Assembly: GCA_036172245.1 (NCBI GenBank)
Contig: JAYWIR010000001.1
Coordinates: forward strand, 5,704,001 to 5,768,000
Source: Raillietiella orientalis
Lineage: Eukaryota
Reading direction: 5' to 3'
Length of the DNA: 64,000 bases
Below the pieces are notes generated by a model. It ran no database searches, was not told the origin of the DNA, and saw only the letters and a program-made list of their open reading frames with translations. Numbering within the stretch: the first letter of the stretch is position 1; each line of letters starts with the position of its first letter. A program made the translations under genes and the position numbers. Below are positions 52,990 to 62,869 of this stretch, one piece after another.

Positions 52990-53600
52990 TCAGTTTGGCA
53001 GTCACCGTTTCTCGTTTGAGGTGGAGATGCCGGCGACTGGCAACCCTGGAGAGGCGGGCACTCCCTTTCCGGAGGTCCCTGGGAGGCAGCACGGCGGGGA
53101 TGCCGGAGTGGCTCAGCGACGCCCTCCTTTCCTTCTGCTGCGGCAGTTCCTCCGCTTCGCAGGAGCGACGGGGAGGCAGGGTTGCCACCATCCCGCAGAG
53201 GGTGCACTCCTCAGGCGCTCGCCACGCCGAGGAGAGCAGTGGCTCTCCTCGCTCCAAAGGACAGGGTCCGGTGCACCCACCGCATGATGGTGGCCAGCTG
53301 GCAATGAAGAGGAAAGACGGAGTCTCGTAGTTTCCTCCCGCGGAGGATTCTGAAAGACTCGACCCCCCCCCTCCCTTTGCAAGCCTCGAGCAGGGAGGTC
53401 TTTAGTGACGTCTGCCGTTTGGCAGTGGATGCATTCATCTCTGCCTCGAACTGCTGGTGCAGAAGATGAAGCGAACGGCGTCTTCCGTGGTCTCGGGCAG
53501 AAGCCATGGAAACAGCCCAGCTGACGTAGAAGAACGCTGACGTAGGAGCGCGTTCGTTCCTCGCTGTCCCTCATCACGAGCTCACGAGGGAGCGCGCGGA
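52990..53600 (-). mobile_element. LINE ORF1-like repeat (family E), copy 2, abutting the ORF2 3' fragment
   Basis: Homologous to 4300-4580. Two CX2C remnants: VRGRDECIHCQ (~53420-53450) and EECTLCG (~53190-53210). Confidence 0.6.
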
Positions 53601-53956
53601 AAGGGTCCAGGGAGGAGCAGGAGAAGAGAACGGAGGAAAAGGAAAGCTCTCTTCTTCTTTCGTCTTGCTAGAGACCACGAGCTGCACCGGAGCTCCCGAA
53701 ACAGCGGAGGCACCGCGGAGGAAGTGAAGGACGCTTCCGGAGGTGCTCGCGTTGTCGCGCATTGTCTCGTGGGAGCCGAGACGAGCTCCTCGAAAAACCT
53801 CGAGGACTCTCACGAAGCAGGGAAGTGGCCTGTCGAATTCCCGAACCGCGGATTAAGTGGCGGATCGCGGGGAGATACAGGAGCATCGTGCAGAGCGAGG
53901 GGGCACCTCAGTCAAGGACACTTAGGAGGACAGCGCTTCGAGGACATCGGAGTTGC

Positions 53957-54960
53957 CATCCGGTCACGCCGGAGTGTTTATTGAAACCAATAAACTTGCA
54001 ACTTTGGGGCGGTGGGGTGCGAAGACCCACCACACCCAATTCTTCAATGGACCTGTCGGTCGTTACCACCCGGGTACGCCCGGGGCGTTTATTGGAATAA
54101 AACTCTACAGAACGTGGTACCAGGCCCCACGAATCGCAGGCGGTTCGAGTTGTCGCTTCTGTCGATGTTCAACTTCGCCCACGTGCCAGTTGTCTCCTCC
54201 AGTCCTGCAGACCGGGTGGGCTCACCTCGGCAGCGGAGGGAGAGGGAAGAAAAGAAAAAGAAAAGAAAAGAATGAATAAAAATAAATACGAACAATCTGG
54301 AGGATCGGGAGGGCATCACTGTCCGCTGGAAGAAGTCCGCATCCTTTCTTAGATGCCAGCTTGGTCCGTCGGAATAGGTCCCAGGTAGCGCCATCCGGCA
54401 GCTATCCGCAGAGAGCGAACTGCCAACTGGAGGGCGTCCCTGTCGTTTCTTCCTCCTCCGTTGGCTTCGCTCTCCGCCGCCGCAATCCCGCGGATGCAGC
54501 GGAGAGCTACTGGGGCTGCGGCTGGCTGCAGGGAGTCCCGCACAACGTCCTGGAGTTGCCGCCGGCGGTTCCTAGGGTCGCAGCAAAGCGTTCCCAAAGG
54601 GGCCGGAGAACAACACAATCCACAACAGGTGCGAGGAAGGCGATTCCCGTTCCCCGCACCTGCGACAGTCCCGGATCGCCGCCGCCCTCCCCAGCGTCCA
54701 GTGGTGCCCTCGGCAAAAGTTGCAGGGAAAACCCCAGTCCACATTAGAAGTGCCGACTCATGCCGCTTCAGGGGGAGGACGCTCCTGTTCGTGAGCGCTG
54801 GGAGCCACTCCAGGTCTTCGGATGGAATGCCGAGCAGCTTGTCGAGCAGTGCTGGCACTGTAGTCCTCGCGGAAACACACTTGGGGTATAGGTCTCCCCG
54901 ATTCAGTGAGCGGGGGCCGTAGATGAGAAACCCCCCGCGCGTCATGAAGGCGAGCTGACG
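53957..54960 (-). mobile_element. L1/Tx1-like LINE 3' fragment with two tandem termini
   Basis: LNRGDLYPK...LLDKLLGIPSEDLEWLPALTNRSVLPLKR, a frameshifted DCRRCGERES...VVDCVVLRPLW, and strong similarity to 6281-7150. Terminal hairpins at 53957 and 54067. Confidence 0.85.
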
Positions 54961-56599
54961 CCAAGATCAGTGACGCAGGAGAACTGACGGCGGATCAAGG
55001 TTGCGCGGCAAATGGCGACAAATAGCGCTCAGTGGCGACTGGGACTGCAGATGGAGTCCAAGGTCGGAGGGGTCGCCGTTTGGGTGAGATGCGAGGTTTC
55101 CGGCTGGAGAAGGACGGTTCGGTAACCGAGGCAGCGGTCAAGCACGGTCGGTCATCGCGTCACCTTCCAGATAAGCGTGAAGACGATGGGGGGGGAGGGA
55201 GGAGCAGGTCCGACGGATGAGGAATCGCTGTTTGCGGAGGTTTTATCTTGAGGAGATGCAGGACCAAATTACTCTTCGGTTTGACGGCGATTTTCTAGTG
55301 CTGAGGAGACAACAAGGAAGCGTGCTGATCGCGGACCTGGATGTTGTAAAGGATAAACAGATGTGATGACATTCGCAGTAGTACTCGCGGAAGAGGGAGT
55401 TTGCGCAGTTATCTGCGCTGAGAGGAGAGGCTCAGACGGAAGACAGAAGAAAGGCACTGTGTCTTCGCATGATTAAAGAGGCGGTGGGGATGACGATGCG
55501 CAGAAGATAATGGCGGGAGAAGGATCCGCACGCTGCTTGCGGGCAAGGAGGATACGAAAAGGAAGAGGATAGGATTCTTCCACGAGATTCTGGTTCTCTC
55601 CGGAGGACTCGACGCACAGAGACTCCAGGTGCTCCCCCTTCGCTGAGAACGGAACCTGCGATTTGAAGCCAAGAAGGAACTGCTATTTCGAGGAAGAGAG
55701 GAGGATTATCGAAGGGAAGAAGCCACCACATCGTCCAGTCCACTTCCGCACCCAGCTGTTGCGGCCAACTTGCCTGCCAGGGTCGCATACTGCGAGCCTC
55801 CACTAGAGTTTCCTCCGGCCCTTCTCCCTGGAAAGATACGATCAGCCTAAAGGCGGATCAGGAGTTTCATCTTCTCTTCACCGCGTCAGAGTCGGCGCTT
55901 GGACCTCCAGCAAAGTCCAAGGACTCTGAGGAAAACTTCGCGGTGCCCGCGTGAAACGGTCTGAAACGCTTCCTCGACGACTTGCGGTTTCCCAGTCGAC
56001 CGAGTTCTCAATCCCTAGGATGGTTCTGGACTGGAAGCAATCCCCCAGAGAGAGTGCAGGAGTAGAAGATCTAGAAACCGAAATGGCTGCCCAAGGGCAT
56101 CGCTGACCCATCCCTTTGGGCAGCGCACAAACCTTTGAGCCTTCCAGCCAGCTTTCCGTCCCCCAAGACCACACTCCTTCGCTCGCCGAATCCCTGGAGA
56201 CACTCCAACCAGGAATCCCCCCCCTCCTCCATACTCGCCAGTCCCTTCGCTTCCAAATTCCAGAGGTGTTCGGGTTGATCCTCCGTGCTGCGACCCAGCG
56301 ACCCGCGTGGCGTGGCGTTCCTTGGATCAAAAGGGACACTCGCAAGGATGAAAATCCTAATCGAAGAAAGCGCCACCTGGGCGGCGGTCGAAGGACCGGG
56401 AGGCGTGAACCAAGGAAGGGAGGAGGGCCACCGAAGTCGCTCGCGACCTGAGACGCTGCGTGCATCTCGTACTGCCGGACTCCGCGGTCCATTCTTGTGT
56501 GGATGCGTTGGTTTGGGTCGGCCAAGGATGACCATTCAAGAGGACGCGCCTGGAACGAGGGATTTCGCAGAAAGCGCCAGAAGTCCCGAGACTCGTGAA

Positions 56600-57370
56600 T
56601 ACCATGGGGGAGATGGGTTGCATGAATTCTCTTCGGTCCTGATCCAGGCAGCAACAGCTGTCTCGAGGAGAAAGAGGAGCCTCCGCGTTGGCGGCCGCAC
56701 GGGACTGCGGCGCGGTCCCGCATGGCACCTAGCGTCGAGGGTTCCAATCCCACCTGGGGAAGGAACGATGCTGAGAAATGGGGGCTCATGGGTTTCGAAC
56801 TGCAGGATGACGCTGGTTGACCTGAGGGCTCCGGGTGCGGCCCTGGTGACAGCCAGGATTGGAAATTGACCCTCCGGAGTCATTCCAGGAATCATCGGTT
56901 CCTTTCGGGGTTCCCTTCCGGTTGTGAAGATGGAGCCGACCATGGAACTGGTTGTCCCGGATGGTCGTCTTTCCAGAATGTCAAGCAAGCTGCTCCCTTC
57001 TGGGAAATGAGGAAGTATCCCTTCCGGATTCTTCTTCAGAAAGAACAAGGAGCGGATTTCTTTCCTGGAAGGGTCCATCTGGAGAAGAAATTCCAGGGGC
57101 GGATGCTTTCCGGGGTCCTTCTGGAGGAGAAACGAAGGGCTGCTCCTTCTAGGAGACCCCTTCGGAAAGACTGAGGAAGAGGTTCCCTTCCGGGTTCTCT
57201 CCCAAGCTCAAGAGGAATGGACTCTCCTTCCTCCGGAGCCTTCCTGGATTCAAGGGGTGGTCCCTCCGGAGTCACCCCCTAAACTGAAGGGTCTCACGCA
57301 TCCTAGGGTGGGCAAAGACGCCCCCTAAGCCAACGGTTCTTCAGCACTTGGCGAACCAAAAAAAGGAAGA
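56600..57370 (-). mobile_element. LINE ORF1-like repeat (family C)
   Basis: Same start motif as the 39470 copy. Encodes KEIRSLFFLKKNPEG...GSIFTTG...ALRSTSVIL...PFLSIVPSPGGIGTLDARC. Confidence 0.65.
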
Positions 57371-57411
57371 AAGAGGATTCAGGGAACGCAGCCGGGATTT
57401 TCGCTGCAGGG

Positions 57412-57931
57412 ATGAGGGAGAAGAGGTGGGAACGGCGAGCCATGCTGGCCGCAAGGCCCGTAGCGGCTTCCACCCTCCCTCTCCCGTCGAAGCACTCAAC
57501 GAAAAGGGTCCCTCTGGTGTTGACGCTCGCGCTACCGGAGGCAGGCGTCTTCGTCTCCTATTGCCTGAAGCTGATGTCGGTGTCTTTCAACAGGTCTCGT
57601 GCCCTTCGCCTCGCCCCTCATCTACGACCCCCGCCGCCGCCAGAAGGTCGTGCCCCTGCGACTGACCTTCTTCTTCCTGCTCGTGGGCTCCGACCTGGGC
57701 GTCGCTGTGCACAGCCTCCAAGCCGGCGCCAGCAACAAGGTTGGCTACGTCGCTCACCTGGCGGGCAGCGCCTCTCGCCTCCTCGTGGACATCAATGTCC
57801 TCAGGAACGTCCACGTCCATCCCTAGGAGCACGTGGTCTGGTGGATCTCCCTGGTCCTCTTCGTGGCCCTCATGCTCATGACCGTCGTCTGGAACGTTTC
57901 CTTCTCCTGGTGATTCCTGCCCGAGAAGTGA
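57412..57931 (+). pseudogene. Rhomboid intramembrane protease (Rho-4/RHBDL-type) pseudogene, intronless, internally deleted
   Basis: RPVAASTLP then TM1-like PLVLTLALPEAGVFVSYCLKLMSVSFN, a frameshift at ~57592, then loop-1 GLVPFASPLIYDPRRRQ. This is fused directly to TM5-TM7: LRLTFFFLLVGSDLGVAV...KVGYVAHLAGSASRLLVDINVLRNVHVHP*EHVVWWISLVLFVALMLMTVVWNVSFSW*FLPEK*. The catalytic His is in AHLAG (57752-57766). The WR motif and the GxSG catalytic Ser segment are absent. Stops at 57824-57826 and 57911-57913. The 5' boundary is approximate; the core starts at 57511. Confidence 0.85.
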
Positions 57932-59339
57932 CCGGGCCAACGGCAGCCCTGCCCACGAGGACGGGGTGTCGGGTCCCTCCTCCTCCCTGTCCCCCTCAGG
58001 GAGATGGACCCGGGGGGGAGGAAAGAGGAGGGAGGAGGGAGGGAAACGTCGGAAAAGGGCGGCGTCTCCCTCCTTTTCCCTCAGGGTCCACCCGCCACCC
58101 TTCCGGGGCTTCGGACAGCAGCACGCTGGGATCGGCGCTGCGGTCGGATCAGTGGATGGAAGAAACAAAAGGCATCCTCCCTGTAGCCAGATGACCCGGA
58201 AACTCCGGAAATGAGCATCCCGGCGAGGCACGCGGCCTTCCTTGGACAGCTTCACTCCCGCTGTCAGAAGTTGCCAATCTCTGCGCACACTGGGACCACC
58301 CTGCAGCAGCAGTCAGTGCCCATGGAAGGGAGGAGAGATGAGGTTCCCCTCAGCTGCCCGGAGAACGGGGAGTTTCTTGATGGCTTTTCGAAACTGCCCA
58401 CGGGTGGTGGTGGATGAAAACTGAGGAGAAGAAAAGTGAAGAAGAAGAAAAGGAGCAGGAGACTTTTCTGGACCTCAAAACGGTAAAACAGTCCATCTCA
58501 AGATACTTGAGAATCCTGCGCCACTCACGAGTCATCCCTCAGGAATCTCGGATTGGAAATGGAAAGCGGACGCACCCTAAGAACGCAGGTACGCAGAGCC
58601 CACCACCAAAGAGTGGCGGTTAAGAGTGAGTGCAATCGAAAAAGGAACCATCGGGATGGAGCTCTGGTGGTGTGGGTGCGCAGCTGACCAAAGTGTCCGT
58701 GATGCAACGGCAAAGAACAAACATCCCTTCGCTTGCAACCGGTCAGGCGGCTTACCCTTGTCCCTTCTGTAGCCGACATGCGCCAGGCTGGATTGTTTTT
58801 TTTCCCTGCCTGCGATTCCGAGATGAGGAAGCAGAGTCGTGGGCGTGCAGTAGACGGCCCTTCCTCCAACGATGCAGAACCGACGCCTGATCTTCCTGTG
58901 CCGGACCCGTTTACAGTTCCCCTGCAAACACTCCTGAGTGTTCCGTTGGAATTCTTCAGCAGCTGCTCGAGGATCCAATAAAAACCAATGGCAATGAAAA
59001 CCAATCATAATCTCTGGAGAATGCTTTCTCTTTCTAAAGAAATTCTATCTTTTTCGATCTGGGAAACAGAAGTCTGGATATGTGCGCGTGTGCTTTTATG
59101 ATGGTGTGGTTGGTATCTCGTAACTGTCACTATCCATTGTTTTCGATTACATGTTTTTTTCAATCAGTTTTACAATGTATATGCATATGTACATATTCCT
59201 GCCTGCAATAATCATGGAAAATGGGCAGGATTTGGCTGGCGACACCGCTTTCCAATTAAACAGAAAAACACAGTTTCAGGAATTCCCGCTAGATGTCAAA
59301 GGTGCAGTCGATGTTTCAAGTGGCATCTGATGGGGATGC

Positions 59340-60905
59340 CCGCAACGAACAGAAAGCTCACATACAAGGAGCGAAAATTGGCGTGTGGTCACAAACGCCT
59401 ATAGGCCGTGGATGCGATGTCGACACTGGCACTCCCGGAGAAAAGAGTGAAGAAAGCGGTACACACCTGCATGATGAGCCACGTGCTGGTCTTGAGAACT
59501 GCCCAACGTGCGAGAATCATCCGGAGGTGTTTCTGCTGCAGGTTGAAGTACTTGAAGGCAATGACAACATGATTCAGCAGCTGAGATGTTCAGTTCCCGT
59601 TCATAGTTCGCGCCTACTGTGAGATCTATGTTCTAGGTCAGGAAACAAGCTCTAGAAGGAAGATATTGTTGCTGAACTTGAGATCCGTATGAGCTAGACG
59701 GAGTTGACTTCTTCTCACAACTTATGAAGGTCAGTTATAGATCAAAGCTTGGAGATGGCCACGAGATTATGGTGAAGATAAAGAAATGGCTCCTGTGAAC
59801 CTCAGAGAGCTTGACACCAACGAGAGGAGTCCTGGTTCTCGAGGGGCTGAAGTCCGTGAAGAAAATATGGGGCATGTGGTCATCACTCACACACCAAACT
59901 TGAGCTTCTTAAGAAGGTCTTGGCCAGAGAGCAAAGACGAAAGTTTCGACTCATGGAGTGACTTTTTCTAAAGAAATGCATCTCAGTTTCCCTCTGCAAA
60001 AGGGATGTTGCAAAACATCCCTTTTGCAGAGCATGCCGTGTCCTGAAAGCACTCCCAACAGTTTTGTGGGTGGTTGGACCACGGGTCAGCTCACGGACGC
60101 TGCGACCCAAAGTGCTCCACCGAAAAGACTATTGCGCTGGGGTGAGCTGCTGGGAATCACACAGGAAGACCTCCGGTGGCACCCAGCTCTGAAAAACAAC
60201 CAGACCCTCCCTCTGAAGTGGCAGCAGTCGACACTTCTGCTGTTTCACTGGGGTCTCCCGTGCAGCGCCCGCCGCTCTCACTAGACCTGGTGGGCTGTGG
60301 ACCCCAACTGTTGCAGGTGCGGGGAACGGGAATCCCTCCTGCATCTGCTCGTGCACGGTGTTGCCCTCCGGCCCCATTGGTTGCGCTACGCAACGGCCCT
60401 CGATGCACCGATGCACAATTCCAGGGACGTGATGAAATGCATCTTCGCGCGCGACACCCTTTCGCCTGCCTCATCCCCAGCAGCTCTTTGCTGCCTACAC
60501 AGGATTGTGCAGGTCTGGAGCTACGCGAGATGAGGATGCAACGATAGAGGCGCCATCTGCTCCTCCCTGAGGTTCCTTCGGACGGCAACAAGACGGTGCC
60601 ACCTGGGGCTTACTCGGATGAAACTTGTTGGCATCCTGGAAAGGACGCGGAGGACCCCCTCCAGCGGACAGCAGTCCATTCCCGTGCCCCCCCCCCCAGA
60701 GTTTTTTTGTTTCATTATTGATTTTTATTTACTTTTGTTTGGGTCTGTCCCTCCCCCTCCTCTGCCGATGAGAACCTCGCTGGCCTGCATGCCGGTAACT
60801 CGGCAGGTTCCGAACATTTTCAGACGTTGTATGGCTTATGGCTCTGCACTTGCAGTTTATTATTTTTTTTAATATAATAAACGCCCCGGCGCTACCGGGT
60901 GTTAA
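59340..60905 (+). mobile_element. L1/Tx1-like LINE 3' portion (late RT, zf-RVT, 3'UTR; subfamily A)
   Basis: HIQGAKIG..NAY (pre-YADD-like), RLKYLK (KYLG-like), KIKKWLL*TSESLTPTRGVLVL, then LLRWGELLGITQEDLRWHPALKNNQTLPLKWQQSTLLLFHWGLPCSARRSH*TWWAVDPNCCRCGERESLLHLLVH and RMKLVGILERTRRTPSS. Terminus AATAAACGCCCCGGCGCTACCGGGTG ends at 60901. Confidence 0.85.
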
Positions 60906-60999
60906 ATCCAACAGTTTACTGAGCATATCGTAGGCGAGACAAACGTCTGCGACGCGGCGAAGTGTTTGTGTTCCCTGTCTGGAGCTCCAGATTGCCCAG

Positions 61000-61180
61000 A
61001 GAGAGAATTTCTTCTTCTTCTTCAAACACCCTGCGGGACTTTGGATGCAGCCGTACGCCAAGATTTATCGAGTCTCGTGCGGCGGAATTATCTAGACAGG
61101 TTGCTCTTTAATCACGAGGGCATTCTTATTGGAGCTTCTTTAGAATATTCATCATCCAGTTTTATTGGCGATTTATCAGC
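61000..61180 (+). mobile_element. Possible decayed APE-endonuclease remnant
   Basis: EFLLLLQTPCGTLDAAVR...RNYLDRLLFN...SFIGDLSA resembles L.D.wr...sRLDR.yv...SDH. Confidence 0.3.
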
Positions 61181-62869
61181 CGAGAGATCTGAAGAGTTTC
61201 GTGAGGTTCGAAGAACAGTACAATATACGAAAATTCCATGATGTATGGTCCCGATGTACGTTAGCTGCGGGACATCGTGATACACAGTGAGGTCTCAAAG
61301 CACAAGAAGCTGATGTTCCCAAAAGATGGATCGCTCTTTGCAGTTTCGGGGTTCGCGGTTTTATCCGGCGCAGCGGAATGAGCGGCGCGACGATTCCCGA
61401 ACTCGCGGCCTTGTGGGTCGAGGGAGGAGAGAGACGTGTGCAGCTGGGCCGGGAATCCAGGGATGCAGGACCTGATCCCTGCTTGTGCTGCGTGGGCCCA
61501 GCACGCGCACCGCCCACTCGGCGGCGGATCCGGCAGTCCGGCGCTCCGCTCTCTCTGGAAGCTCGGAACCACGGAGCAACCAGCCGCTCCGTCCAGACAT
61601 GATGTCTCCCGGAACGCGCGAGGGATCCACCGCGGCTCCCGCTGCGAGCCCCCCTTTGCGCAAATTGGCGCCCTTCTTGAGCCGGCGGTAACAAGTGGCT
61701 CTGCAAGACCCGTCGGGATCTGGCGGTAGAGAAACCACGCAAGTTTTCTTTTTGGTCCTTGGTGCAATCCCGTTGGCGCGGCGGGGGGCGCCCCCCGGTC
61801 GGCTTCCTTTCGAAACACTGTGCGGGTAGGGATAAAGAAAAAAAAAGTCTCGAAACCTCGCCGCTGGCTGAGGCATCTCGCCTGCTCGCGAGCGCGCCAT
61901 TTTGCCGCCGTTCCCACATCCCCATCGATATTTGGGCAGCTTCCCCCCTCACCCTCAGCCTCCTCCCGCTTCATCCCCCCTCCCTTCGGTGCGCGCTGGC
62001 GAGATAGCATAAGGCCGATTTCATCCCGATGACAAATTTCCCGTAAAAATTTTCGTCTGCGACGTAAGCCATCCTGGCTGGAGATTGCGCGCTCCCGAAT
62101 TTCATCTGCCGCTGCAGTGCCCTACAGATTCCTTGGAACTCGTCCGTGCTGCGTCTTCCCAAGGGGAAGATTTATGAGCGCCATCTTTTCTCCCTTCGGA
62201 ATTTTTCCTCGCCGTATTTTCAAAAATTTGCGCGCTTTTTCCACCTCGGCCGCACGAACCGCGGCTCAGCCAATGAAAACGCACGCTGCCCTTCTCGATA
62301 ACGAGAGTGGACGATCAGACGGAGCACTCCAAATAAGAGGTGCCAGTATTTCATTTTTTTAAAAAAAAAAACGTTTATATAGAAGAAGATCAACCAGCCG
62401 ATTACTCGAATTGTAGCCAGGAAACCTACGGAGACATTGCGACCCATTTCTATCAAGGGAAGTTTGGCTCGATAAAGAATTTGAAATGATTGACCAACTT
62501 TTACGAGGTAAGGTCATCCATTCTATGGCCGTATCGCATGAAATTGCCTTGGCTCGGTGCCTTCCTTTTGTACAAATCTGCCCAGCCTGTATAGGTGCGC
62601 GGTGTGTTTTCGCTTGCACATATCTGCGTTTTCCACGTGCCCTCAAGAGACGTAAGTTGAAGACCGGAGAACTGAGCGGAAGACGAGGAGGAGTCGTCGA
62701 TTCGCATCTCGGAGCACAAAAGAGAGTTCAATAGGAGATGCAAACAGACGAGGGAAGAGAGGACTTCCGTCTTCTTCTCTCCCGTCTCTTCCCTTTTTTT
62801 CCCACTCCAGTTCCCTTACCACCGTGGACCGTCCACCGTGATTCTTGCTCACGCACCCCGGGAACGTCC

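Noticed and set aside
57585..57593. Apparent splice acceptor TTTCAACAG before the rhomboid loop 1
   Set aside because: TM1-like rhomboid sequence continues immediately upstream in another frame, so a frameshift explains it better.
57587..58288. 233-aa acidic/His-rich minus-strand ORF
   Set aside because: Antisense shadow of the GC3-rich rhomboid pseudogene.
60760..60812. Hammerhead ribozyme in the LINE 3'UTR (CCGATGAG)
   Set aside because: The CUGANGA and GAAA core is not present or conserved in the other copies.
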